64,000 nt of DNA. It comes from Alphaproteobacteria bacterium (GTDB lineage Bacteria > Pseudomonadota > Alphaproteobacteria > GCA-2731375). The stretch is taken from assembly GCA_965232515.1 (NCBI GenBank), contig CBDDPY010000002.1, positions 1,696,001 through 1,760,000 of the forward strand, written 5' to 3'. Shown piece after piece: positions 18,540 through 27,990 of this stretch (positions are counted from its first letter, which is position 1; every line of letters starts with the position of its first letter). Below the pieces are notes generated by a model. That model was not told the origin of the DNA. It ran no database searches and saw nothing but the letters and a program-made list of their open reading frames with translations. A program made the position numbers and the translations under genes.

Positions 18540-19793
18540 ATGACGGCCGTTAAATCCGAGTTTCTGCGCATCATTCAGACGCGCGAGCACTTCCACCAGG
18601 CGACCGATCTGGACGCCCTCGACGCGCGCGCCGCCGACGGCCGGATCGTCGGCTATATCGGATTCGACGCCACGGCGCCCAGCCTTCATATCGGCAACCT
18701 GCTGCAGGTGCTGAAGCTGCGTATCCTGCAGCAGACCGGGCACAAGCCGATCGCGCTGATCGGCGGCGGCACCACCAAGGTCGGCGATCCGTCCGGCAAG
18801 GACGACATGCGCAAGCTGATCAGCGAGCAGGACATCGCCCACAACGTGGCACGAATTCGCGACGTCTTGAAGCGCTTCCTGACCTTCGGCGACGGGCCGA
18901 CGGACGCCATGCTGGTGGACAATGCCGAATGGCTCGACCGGCTGGAATACATCCCCTTTCTGCGCGACTACGGCCGGCATTTTTCGGTCAATCGCATGCT
19001 CAGCTTCGACTCGGTGAAGCTGCGCCTCGACCGCGAACACCCGCTCAGCTTCCTGGAGTTCAACTACATGATCCTCCAGGCCTACGATTTTCTGGAGCTG
19101 AGCCGGCGCTACGACTGCGTGCTGCAGATGGGCGGATCGGACCAGTGGGGCAACATCGTCAACGGGGTCGAGCTCGGCCGCCGGGTCGACAACCGCACGC
19201 TGTTCGGCCTGACCTCGCCGCTGCTGACGACCTCGTCCGGCGCCAAGATGGGCAAAACGGCGCAGGGCGCGGTCTGGCTCAGCGCCGACATGCTGTCGCC
19301 CTACGATTACTGGCAATACTGGCGCAATACCGAGGACGCCGATGTCGGCAAGTTCATGCGGCTGTTCACGGACCTGCCGTTGGACGAAATCGCCCGCATC
19401 GAAGCGCTGGAGGGCGCCGAGATCAACGAGGCGAAAAAGCTGCTGGCGACCGAAGCCACGCGCATGGCGCACGGCGACGAGGCCGCCTCGGCCGCGGCCG
19501 AGACCGCGCGCCGCACCTTCGAGGAGGGCGCCAGCGGCGCGGCACTGCCGACCATCGAGGTGCCGGAAGCCGATCTCGCCGCCGGGGTGCCCTTGTTCGC
19601 GCTGCTGACACGGGTCGGTCTGACCCCGTCGAACAGCGAGGCGCGGCGGCTGATCAAGGGCCAGGGCGCGCGCCTGAACGACAACGTCGTCGCGGATGAG
19701 AAATACAATGTCTCGCTGGAGGACCTGAACTCGGAAGGCATGCTGAAGCTGAGCGCGGGCAAGAAACGCCATGCCCTGGTGCGTCCGGCTTAG
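18540..19793 (+). CDS. tyrS: Tyrosine-tRNA ligase
   Basis: HIGN and KMGKT class I motifs, [11 protein letters not shown]-terminal S4 domain. Confidence 0.97.
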   Translation: MTAVKSEFLRIIQTREHFHQATDLDALDARAADGRIVGYIGFDATAPSLHIGNLLQVLKLRILQQTGHKPIALIGGGTTKVGDPSGKDDMRKLISEQDIAHNVARIRDVLKRFLTFGDGPTDAMLVDNAEWLDRLEYIPFLRDYGRHFSVNRMLSFDSVKLRLDREHPLSFLEFNYMILQAYDFLELSRRYDCVLQMGGSDQWGNIVNGVELGRRVDNRTLFGLTSPLLTTSSGAKMGKTAQGAVWLSADMLSPYDYWQYWRNTEDADVGKFMRLFTDLPLDEIARIEALEGAEINEAKKLLATEATRMAHGDEAASAAAETARRTFEEGASGAALPTIEVPEADLAAGVPLFALLTRVGLTPSNSEARRLIKGQGARLNDNVVADEKYNVSLEDLNSEGMLKLSAGKKRHALVRPA

Positions 19794-19817
19794 TGTCGAG
19801 ACCGCAAGAACTCGGCA

Positions 19818-22800
19818 CTAATTATGCTGCGCTTCTTCGGGAAGGACCGGTGAGCGGTCGTCGCCGGGGGCCGGGTCCTGAAGCACCTCCAGAATTCGCC
19901 TGAGGATGCCCGGTGCGAGCGCCGAGAGCGGGTTGACCGAGACCTCTGGCTCGTTCAGATCGCCCTCGACCTTGTAGGTGGCGGCGAACACGCCCTCGCC
20001 CTCGCGGCCGACGAACAGATCGCCCAACAGCGGCACCCGGCCCAGCACCGAATTGATGGTGTAGGACGGCACGACGGTGCCTCGCAGATTGACGTCGTCC
20101 TCCGGCCGGTCGATCTCGCCTGACAGCGTCAGGCCCAGAGCGGGTCCGACGGCCCGCGAGTCGCCGATCGTCAGCTTCTCCGGCGTCAGCTCGAACGGCG
20201 CGTCGAGGCGCGTGAACTGGATGCCCTCGCCTGTCACCAGATCGCGGATGCCGGTCCACGATCCCAACGTCAGGATCCGGGTCAGGATCGGCGCGTTGAC
20301 GATGCGGAAATTCGCCGCCTGCAACCGGCCGACGGTCGGCAGTTCCTTGTTCTCGGGAATGGTCATGGTCAGACGGATCTCGCCGCCGACCGCGCCATCG
20401 AAAATCCCGGCTTCGCGGACGACGCCGCCGGCATCCGACGAGGTCACCGAGAGCTCGCGAAAGCCATTGCGCGGAATCAGCAGCCAGCGGACCGCCGGCC
20501 CGTCGTTCAGGCGCCCCGTGGCGACCAATGACTGCCATTCGCCATCCTGGCGCACCGCATCAGCGGCCGCGTCGGCAATGCTCAGCTTGTCGGAGATGAT
20601 CAGGGTGGCGAAACGCCCACGCAGCTGCAGGGAGTCGTTCTCCATCAGCTCGCCGGCGCCCTCCTCCAGCGACTCGATATAGGGCCGCAGATCGAGGCGC
20701 GCACCGCCGGCGGCGACATCGATCAGGCCGTCCTCGCGCACGTTCACCTCGGCGCTGAGGTCGCTGCCGTTGGCCCGAATGCGGTCGAGGCGCACCTGTT
20801 GCAGCACGAAGTCGGGACCGAAGCGAACAGCGCCTGCGGCCTCGAATTCCTGCGCCGCCATTGCGAACCGCTCGATGTTGAAGGCGCCGTCCGGCTCGGA
20901 CGCAAAGGCAAAGGTCAACTGCGCCGGCATCCCGGCCGGCTTGCGCCACTTGAGTTCGGTCAACGTGACCTCTGCTCCGACGAGATCGGCGGTGCCGGTG
21001 GCGCGGAACCGGTCGTTCGGCTCCTCGGACAGTTGCAGCGAAACCTCGACGGGGCCGACGACATAGCTATCGGTCGCCAAGCCGAGCGCCGCGCGCTGCG
21101 CCGTATCGAGCGTCGCCGCCAATCCATAACGATCGACGGAGGTGTCGTCGGCCTGGTCGAAATCGCGCCGCCAGGTCAGCGATATCGGCACGCCGTTCAG
21201 CGCCAGGGTTCCGGCGGCGTCGAGACCGGTCCGGTCGACTTTCAGAGCCAGGTCGCCGGCGCTGACGGCGAAGCGTCCGAATATTTCCGGCAGACCGAAA
21301 TCCGTCAGGCGCGCATCCGCCGAGAACTGCACGTCGGCAAGCTCCAGATCCTTCGACAACGGGAACCGGAACCGCACGCCGGTCGCCGTGCCGCCCGCGA
21401 CGCTATTCGGCTCGATGCCGAGCGCGCTCGAAAATCCCAAGGGCTCTCGGTCCAGCAGGGTAAGCGCGGCCACGGCCGGTCCGCTGGCGACGAATTCGAT
21501 GTCCGCCGGCGGTGTTTTTATTCCGAGTTCGGTAATGCCCAGACGCCCCCGCGTCAGCACCAGCTCGCCCACCCTGCCCTCGGTAAGCGTCAGATCGAAA
21601 TCCGTCATCGTGAGGCGCGCGCTGCCGATGGCATCGGTCATGGTCGGCAGGCGGCTCCAATAAGTCGCGGACACGCCGGTGAAATCGAAATCGAGGACGA
21701 CCATCTCCGGCCGCTTGGCGTCGGCGTCCAGCTCGCCGGGCCTGATGTCGATCTCGACATGGCCCCGGTTGACGACGCCGTCGGCGATATTTCCGGTTAC
21801 CCAGTCTCGCGCGTTTTCCTCGAAGCCGGGCGGCCAGTAGGTGGCGAGGTGATCGAGCTTCAAGCCGGCGAAATCGCCGCTCGCCCGCAAACCGAGGCCG
21901 GCGTCGCTGCGGCTCATTGCGCCGGTCAACCGCGCCGTGAAGCCATCGCCGAAGTCGATCTGCAGATCGTCCAGGTTCGCCGTCGACAATCCGTCCGCCG
22001 CCTGACCGACCGCGCGCAGCGACGCGAAGCGCAGTTCGGGCAGGCCGACGTCCGGCAAGCGCAGCACGCCTGTCGCGGCGGTCAGATCGAAGCCGAGACG
22101 GTCGATCGCGAAATCGGCGGTCAGTTCCACGGCCAGGGTGCCGGACACCGGCGCGTCGACGTCCTGCAGCGGCTCAAGCTCCGGCAACGGCAGCGCGGCG
22201 GCAAGCGCCGACGGCCGCATCTCGGATACCCGGACATTCAGCTCCGGCCGACTGCCATCGGCCGGATAGAGCGCGCCGATGCCCAGGAACGCCTGCTGGC
22301 CATCGAGGTCCAGCTGCCCGGCGAATTCGATCAACACGCCGTCGGCGCTCCGGCTTGCCGTCAGGTTCGAGCCGGACGACCGTAGGCTGGCGCCGCTTTG
22401 CCGATCCTCGATGCTCAAGTCGGCGTCGCGCACGCTGACCCGCTCAAGGCTGGCGCCGAATGCCGTGCTGTCGCCGCGAATGGCGCGGCCAAACGGGTCA
22501 TCGTCGCCATAGCGCGATGCATCGGCCGCGCTGAACCCCAGGTTGACGCGGCCGTCAGCCTCGCGCACCAGCACCATCTGCGGCGCGATCAACTCGAGGC
22601 TGGTCGGCACCAGATCGGCGTAGAGCAGCGCCTCGCCCTGCAATCCGACCGACATTTGCGGCACTTCCGCCAGCAGGTTGTTGTCCGGATCGAACACCCG
22701 CACGCCGACCACGCGAACGTCCAGCGTGTTGTCCCAGCCTTCCCAGGTGAGTTGTGTCGAGTCGACGCGGATGCTGAACGGGGCGACCGCCGCGTTCAGC

Positions 22801-22967
22801 TCATCCTGCAGATAGGGCGTCAGATAGCCCAGCGAAATCGGCCCCCGCGCCAGCAACAGCGCGAGCAGGCCAAACAGCACGATCAGGCCGGTCAGAACCG
22901 CGGTCGCACAATGCGCGACAAAACTGCTGGCGTGCTTGATCAATGTACTTTGCCGTCTGTTCGCCAT
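19818..22967 (-). CDS. AsmA-like/YhdP (DUF3971) envelope-spanning protein
   Basis: N-terminal TM followed by GPISL; long beta-rich body; C-terminal GTVVPSYTIN...VNPLSALAPG; usual position between tyrS and bcp. Confidence 0.8.
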   Translation of the reverse strand: MANRRQSTLIKHASSFVAHCATAVLTGLIVLFGLLALLLARGPISLGYLTPYLQDELNAAVAPFSIRVDSTQLTWEGWDNTLDVRVVGVRVFDPDNNLLAEVPQMSVGLQGEALLYADLVPTSLELIAPQMVLVREADGRVNLGFSAADASRYGDDDPFGRAIRGDSTAFGASLERVSVRDADLSIEDRQSGASLRSSGSNLTASRSADGVLIEFAGQLDLDGQQAFLGIGALYPADGSRPELNVRVSEMRPSALAAALPLPELEPLQDVDAPVSGTLAVELTADFAIDRLGFDLTAATGVLRLPDVGLPELRFASLRAVGQAADGLSTANLDDLQIDFGDGFTARLTGAMSRSDAGLGLRASGDFAGLKLDHLATYWPPGFEENARDWVTGNIADGVVNRGHVEIDIRPGELDADAKRPEMVVLDFDFTGVSATYWSRLPTMTDAIGSARLTMTDFDLTLTEGRVGELVLTRGRLGITELGIKTPPADIEFVASGPAVAALTLLDREPLGFSSALGIEPNSVAGGTATGVRFRFPLSKDLELADVQFSADARLTDFGLPEIFGRFAVSAGDLALKVDRTGLDAAGTLALNGVPISLTWRRDFDQADDTSVDRYGLAATLDTAQRAALGLATDSYVVGPVEVSLQLSEEPNDRFRATGTADLVGAEVTLTELKWRKPAGMPAQLTFAFASEPDGAFNIERFAMAAQEFEAAGAVRFGPDFVLQQVRLDRIRANGSDLSAEVNVREDGLIDVAAGGARLDLRPYIESLEEGAGELMENDSLQLRGRFATLIISDKLSIADAAADAVRQDGEWQSLVATGRLNDGPAVRWLLIPRNGFRELSVTSSDAGGVVREAGIFDGAVGGEIRLTMTIPENKELPTVGRLQAANFRIVNAPILTRILTLGSWTGIRDLVTGEGIQFTRLDAPFELTPEKLTIGDSRAVGPALGLTLSGEIDRPEDDVNLRGTVVPSYTINSVLGRVPLLGDLFVGREGEGVFAATYKVEGDLNEPEVSVNPLSALAPGILRRILEVLQDPAPGDDRSPVLPEEAQHN

Positions 22968-23180
22968 CGAGGCGCAAAACCGCGCGGTGGCATGGGGCGG
23001 TCGCGTCTTTTGATGTCGTTTGCCGGCCGCTGCAATTCAATTAACGGCGACCACGTCGCGGCCGGATCTTCGCAACGGCGCGCTCTCCTGCTAAATCGGA
23101 CTGGATCTCGACCCGCGCAAGACCAGTTATTGCAGGGGATGTATTCCCGCGAATTTCGAACCGGACAGAGGAGTGTCAAC

Positions 23181-23651
23181 ATGAGCCAGGGACCAGCCAT
23201 CGGTGACAAGGCGCCCGATTTCAGCATGCCGACAGACGGCGGCGGCAACGTTTCGCTGAGCGAGCTTAAAGGCAAACCGGTCGTCCTCTATTTCTATCCG
23301 AAGGACGATACGCCCGGCTGCACGAAAGAGGCCATCGCCTTCTCGGAACAGCTGAAGGACTTCAACAAGGCCGGCGCCGTCATTATCGGCACGTCGGCGG
23401 ACACCGTCGCCAAGCATGACAAGTTCAAGGCCAAGCACGGCCTCAACATTTTGCTCGCCTCCGACGAAGACACGAAGGTCTGCGAGGCATATGGCGTCTG
23501 GGTCGAAAAGAACATGTACGGCAAGAAGTATATGGGTATCGAGCGGGCGACCTATCTGATCGATCCGGACGGAAAAGTCGCGCAGGTCTGGCGCAAGGTG
23601 AAGGTGCCCGGCCACAGCGATGCCGTGCTGGAGGCGGTTCAGGCCCTATAG
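23181..23651 (+). CDS. bcp: Peroxiredoxin Bcp
   Basis: YFYPKDDTPGCT; GAGGAG SD. Confidence 0.95.
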   Translation: MSQGPAIGDKAPDFSMPTDGGGNVSLSELKGKPVVLYFYPKDDTPGCTKEAIAFSEQLKDFNKAGAVIIGTSADTVAKHDKFKAKHGLNILLASDEDTKVCEAYGVWVEKNMYGKKYMGIERATYLIDPDGKVAQVWRKVKVPGHSDAVLEAVQAL

Positions 23652-23666
23652 CGCCAAAGCCGCGGC

Positions 23667-24464
23667 ATGCCAACCCTCACCGATCTGGCGGTCGGCGTTC
23701 TGACCACGGCCGACGCGGCGGCGAAAGCCGCCGCAAGCCGTGCCGCAGCGGCCGCCTGGCGCTCGGGCACAGTCAGCGGTATCGGCGACCGGCGGCCGCC
23801 GGCCCGGCCGGCGCGGCCGGCGCGACCGGAACTGCGCCGGCCCGCCGAAATGCCGAAGCGCTCGACCGGCGCGCTGCCGGGACGGATCGCGCTGCTGCAC
23901 GCCGTCGCCCATATCGAGCTCAACGCCATCGACCTTGCCTGGGATCTGCTGGCGCGGTTCGCCGACGACGATATGCCGCGGGCCTTCGTCGACGACTGGG
24001 TCGCGGTCGGCGACGATGAAGCCCGGCATTTTCGCCTGCTCGCCGACCGGCTGTCGGACCTAGGGGCGGCTTACGGCGACTTGCCCGCCCATGACGGACT
24101 CTGGCAGTCGGCGACGGCCACGGCCGACGACCTTGCCGCCCGGCTTGCGGTCGTGCCGATGGTACTGGAGGCCCGGGGCCTTGACGTCACGCCCGCCATG
24201 ATTGAGCGGCTGACCAATGCGGGCGACCAAGACAGCGCCGATATCCTGAAAATCATCTACCGAGAGGAAGTTGGCCATGTGGCGGCTGGCCAGCGGTGGT
24301 TCGAATGGCTTTGCCAACGACGAAACCTCGAGCCCGAAACAACCTGGAAACGATTGGTTAACCAATACTTTGCTAACAATCTTAAACCACCTTTTAACCA
24401 TGCCGCCCGCAGCAAAGCTGGCATGTCGCGCAATTATTACGAGAATTTGGGACAAATAGAGTGA
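23667..24464 (+). CDS. Ferritin-like DUF455 protein
   Basis: HAVAHIELNAIDLAWD, DEARHF, LEARGLD, EEVGHV. Confidence 0.9.
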   Translation: MPTLTDLAVGVLTTADAAAKAAASRAAAAAWRSGTVSGIGDRRPPARPARPARPELRRPAEMPKRSTGALPGRIALLHAVAHIELNAIDLAWDLLARFADDDMPRAFVDDWVAVGDDEARHFRLLADRLSDLGAAYGDLPAHDGLWQSATATADDLAARLAVVPMVLEARGLDVTPAMIERLTNAGDQDSADILKIIYREEVGHVAAGQRWFEWLCQRRNLEPETTWKRLVNQYFANNLKPPFNHAARSKAGMSRNYYENLGQIE

Positions 24465-24496
24465 CACACAATTGCCACCGCCGGTTCAGGATTCTT

Positions 24497-24530
24497 TTAT
24501 TGCAATCACCGTATGAGTCCGTTGCAATAA
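24497..24530. promoter_or_regulatory. Inverted repeat TTATTGCAA-N16-TTGCAATAA upstream of the M23 gene
   Basis: Perfect 9-bp arms in an AT-rich intergenic region. Confidence 0.45.
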
Positions 24531-24581
24531 TCGCCGGCCGTCAGTGAATACTGACATTCATTACCAATTGGGGGGCCATCA

Positions 24582-26126
24582 GTGGCTGATCTGCGTGTCG
24601 TTACGTCACGAGTAGGCCCCACCGTCACTCGCCTGAAGCGTGTGTTCCGCCATTGGGCCGATCGGCTGTTTCCGGACCGGCAGATCTTCCTGCGCACGCA
24701 TGGCGAGGTCCGCTTTATCGAGATGTCGCAACGCCGGCAGATCGCACTGGCCGGCGTCGTTGCCTCTGCCCTCGTCTGGCTGCTCGTATCCTCCGTTCTT
24801 GTTCTTTGGAACGGCGCTATCATCGCCGACCAAAATCAGCGGCTGGAGGCAATGGCGACGGCCTACGATCAGCTCTCGGCCAATATGCGCGACAATCAGG
24901 CGCAGCTGTTCGCCACGACGGAAATGCTTGAAGGCAAACATCAGGATCTGCGCAGCCTGATGTCGCAAAGACTGGCGCTGAAGAATGCACTGTCCGATAT
25001 CTCGAAAGCGTTGGAAGAAACGTCGCAAGAACGTGACAACGCGCTGGGCGAACAAGCGGATCTGCGCGCAGAGTTGAATAATCTGGAGCGCCGGCTCCGC
25101 AACGCCCTCGGCGAGCGCAGCGAGCTCGCCCGGTCTCTCACGGCAACCGAAAACTCGCTCTACATTTCGCTGCATGCGGTCGACGAGTCCTGGCATAGCG
25201 GGCTGGCGCTGGCGGCGCAGGTCAAACAGCTGCAACAGATGCTAACCGGCCTCGAGGACCGCAAGGCGGCGCTGGAACGGTCGCTTGCCAGCACAGAACT
25301 GATTGTCGACGTCATCGCCCGTGAGCGCGACGAAGCCCGCGACAACCACAACACCATGCAACGCCGCATCGCCGAGCTGGAAGGCCGGCTGGGCGACCTT
25401 CGGCGATCACAGATTGTCCTGATCGGGCGCATCGCCGAGCAGACCGATACGAACATCGACGGTCTGGAATCCGTCATTCGGACGACGGGACTGAATATCG
25501 ATCAGGTGCTGCACCGCATGACACTGGGCGAAGAAGGCATCGGCGGTCCGCTGATCGAACCGCCCGACCTGATGCGCAGCGGCGACGAATTCGATGGACT
25601 GGCGGTCGCGCCAACGCCGCGCCGAGAGCGCGGCTTCGCCGGCCGGTTGGCGCGCCTCGAAGGCCGGCTCGAGCGGTGGTCGACATTGAACCAGGTGCTG
25701 GGCCAGTTGCCGTTGACGACGCCGGTCGATCATTTCCATGTCTCCAGCCGCTTCGGCAAACGCCGCGATCCGTTCACCAAGCGTTGGGCGGTGCATGAAG
25801 GTATCGATCTCTCCGGGCCGCCGCGGGCGCCGGTCTACAGCACGGCGCCCGGCGAAGTGACCTTCGTCGGCTGGAAAGGTTCGTTCGGACGCCTGGTCGA
25901 AATCACACACGGCAACGGCGTCACCACACGATACGGGCATCTCAGAAAGATTCTTGTTAAAAAGGGGCAGCAGGTAGCGTTTCGGGAAAAGATCGGACTC
26001 ATGGGGACCTCGGGCCGCAGTACCGGCACCCACGTTCATTACGAAATACGTTACGATGGGGCGCCCCTCGATCCGGCGAAATTCATCAAGGCGGGAAGAT
26101 ATGTTTTCAAAGACGGAAAAGACTGA
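24582..26126 (+). CDS. Membrane-anchored coiled-coil M23 endopeptidase (LmdC-like, DUF5930)
   Basis: N-terminal FPDRQIFLR plus TM, long coiled coil, HEGIDL and HVHYE zinc motifs. Confidence 0.9.
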   Translation: MADLRVVTSRVGPTVTRLKRVFRHWADRLFPDRQIFLRTHGEVRFIEMSQRRQIALAGVVASALVWLLVSSVLVLWNGAIIADQNQRLEAMATAYDQLSANMRDNQAQLFATTEMLEGKHQDLRSLMSQRLALKNALSDISKALEETSQERDNALGEQADLRAELNNLERRLRNALGERSELARSLTATENSLYISLHAVDESWHSGLALAAQVKQLQQMLTGLEDRKAALERSLASTELIVDVIARERDEARDNHNTMQRRIAELEGRLGDLRRSQIVLIGRIAEQTDTNIDGLESVIRTTGLNIDQVLHRMTLGEEGIGGPLIEPPDLMRSGDEFDGLAVAPTPRRERGFAGRLARLEGRLERWSTLNQVLGQLPLTTPVDHFHVSSRFGKRRDPFTKRWAVHEGIDLSGPPRAPVYSTAPGEVTFVGWKGSFGRLVEITHGNGVTTRYGHLRKILVKKGQQVAFREKIGLMGTSGRSTGTHVHYEIRYDGAPLDPAKFIKAGRYVFKDGKD

Positions 26127-26634
26127 CAAACAAGCCGCGACACCGGCGCCACAGCCGGCGCAGGGCCAAACGCAGCAACCGAAGCCGAGCGCACAACCAC
26201 GTACCGGAAACGGCGCGGCGCCGCCGTCGCTGATCAGCAGCAATCTGCAGGTCGTCGGCAATCTGAAGACCGAAGGCGAGATTCAGATCGACGGCGTGAT
26301 CGACGGCGACGTCGCTTGCGGCAAGCTGATGATCGGCGAGCGCGCCACCGTCAACGGCGAGGTCGTGGCCGACAATGTGGAGGTACGCGGCACGGTCGAA
26401 GGCCGTATTCGCGGCAAAACGGTGCTGCTGGCGAAATCGGCCCGCGTCACCGGCGACATCTGGCACGACAGTCTGTCGATCGAGGCCGGCGCCTATCTCG
26501 ACGGACATTGCAAGCGCAATGACTCGGCGACGGCGGCGCAGCCCGCGGCGGCTGCCAGCGCGCCACGGCCCGATGCGGCCGCGTCGGCGGGCAACCGGGA
26601 AGCGGCAAAAGCCGCGGCCACGGCCGGCCACTGA
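26101..26634 (+). CDS. Bactofilin (polymer-forming cytoskeletal protein)
   Basis: MFSK N-terminal peptide; beta-helix repeats PSLIS...GNL...IDG.IDGDV; overlaps the end of the M23 gene. Confidence 0.92.
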   Translation: MFSKTEKTDKQAATPAPQPAQGQTQQPKPSAQPRTGNGAAPPSLISSNLQVVGNLKTEGEIQIDGVIDGDVACGKLMIGERATVNGEVVADNVEVRGTVEGRIRGKTVLLAKSARVTGDIWHDSLSIEAGAYLDGHCKRNDSATAAQPAAAASAPRPDAAASAGNREAAKAAATAGH

Positions 26635-26641
26635 CCGTCTG

Positions 26642-26671
26642 AACGCCGGCGCGTTGCGGCGCGCCGGCGTT
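26642..26671. terminator. GC-rich hairpin between convergent bactofilin and prfB
   Basis: AACGCCGGCGCG / CGCGCCGGCGTT 12-bp stem. Confidence 0.6.
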
Positions 26672-26749
26672 TCCTTCCGTCAATGGGCGGACTGGCGCGA
26701 CACCAACCACGCGGCAGATGTCCGCGCGGCCAAGTAAACCGCGCGCCGA

Positions 26750-27881
26750 TTACGATTCGGCGTCGGCGGCGGAATTGCCGTCGCCGCCCAGACGCGATGC
26801 CAGCGAGGCCTCGAGAAAGACGTCGAGGTCGCCGTCCAGAACGCGCTGGGCGTCGCCGCGCTCGACTTGCGTGCGCAGATCCTTGACCATCTGATAGGGG
26901 TGCAGCACGTAAGACCGGATCTGGTGACCCCAGCCGATATCGGTCTTCTGCGCCTCGATTTCCTGCTTTTCCGCTTCGCGCTTCTGCAGCTCGTCTTCAT
27001 AGAGGCGGGCGCGCAGCATCTTCATGGCCGTCGCCTTGTTCTTGTGCTGCGACCGCTCCTTCTGACACTGCACGACGATGCCGGTCGGTTCGTGCGTGAT
27101 GCGGACGGCGCTGTCGGTCCGGTTCACGTGCTGGCCGCCTGCGCCGGAGGCGCGATAGGTGTCGATGCGCAGATCCTTCTCCTGGATGTCGATGTCGATA
27201 TCGTCCTCGACCTCGGGATAGACCCAGACGCTGGCGAAGCTGGTATGCCGACGGGCGGCCGAGTCGAACGGCGAGATCCGCACCAGCCGATGCACGCCAC
27301 TCTCGGTTTTCAGCCAGCCATAAGCGTTCTCGCCGCTGATTTGCAGCGTGGCCGATTTCAGCCCCGCCTCTTCCCCCGGACTTTCCTCGATCAGGCCGAT
27401 CTTCAGGCCGCGCTGTTCGGCCCAGCGGCTGTACATGCGTAACAGCATCTCGGCCCAGTCCTGGGACTCGGTGCCACCCGCTCCAGCATGAATTTCCAGA
27501 TAGCAGTTGTTGGCGTCGGCTTCGCCGCTGAGCAGGCTTTCGAGCTGACGCTTGGCCGCGACCGCCTGCAGGGCCATGAGCTGCGCTTCGGCTTCGGTGA
27601 CGACCTCGGCGTCATCCTCGGCCTCGCCCAGCTCGATCAGGCCGACCGTATCCTCGAATTCAGACTCCAAGGCTCGGTAGGTCGCGATCGCGCTCTCCAG
27701 CCGCGTCCGCTCGCGCATCAGACCCTGTGCGCGTTCCTGGTCGTTCCAGAGATCGGGATCTTCGATAAGGCTATTCAGCTCTTCCAGGCGTTTAAGGGCG
27801 ACATCCCAGTCAAAGATGCCTCCTCAGGAGAGCCAGCGACTGCCGGATCTCCTCGGCGATGGCCTGCATTTCTGCACGCAT
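26750..27881 (-). CDS. prfB: Peptide chain release factor 2, with programmed +1 frameshift after codon 23
   Basis: SPF and GGQ motifs; minus strand reads AGGAGG-CAT-CTT-TGA-C with the shift site at 27809-27815; first segment [23 protein letters not shown] from 27881. Confidence 0.97.
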
Positions 27882-27990
27882 AGCAACCTCAAATCATCAA
27901 CATACGAAACCGAGGCGGCGCCCCGAATCCAAACGGCCGGCGATATAGCACATTATGGCGCGCGACGTGAGCCGCCTGTGCGGCGGCGCG

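Noticed and set aside
22398-23180. Long N-terminal extension of Bcp, and similar extensions of PaaG, IscS, Lrp and DsbA in the ORF track
   Set aside because: The extensions overlap neighbouring genes; downstream ATGs match family N-termini, several with clear SD sequences
26750-27881. prfB as a pseudogene
   Set aside because: The in-frame stop is the canonical programmed frameshift site
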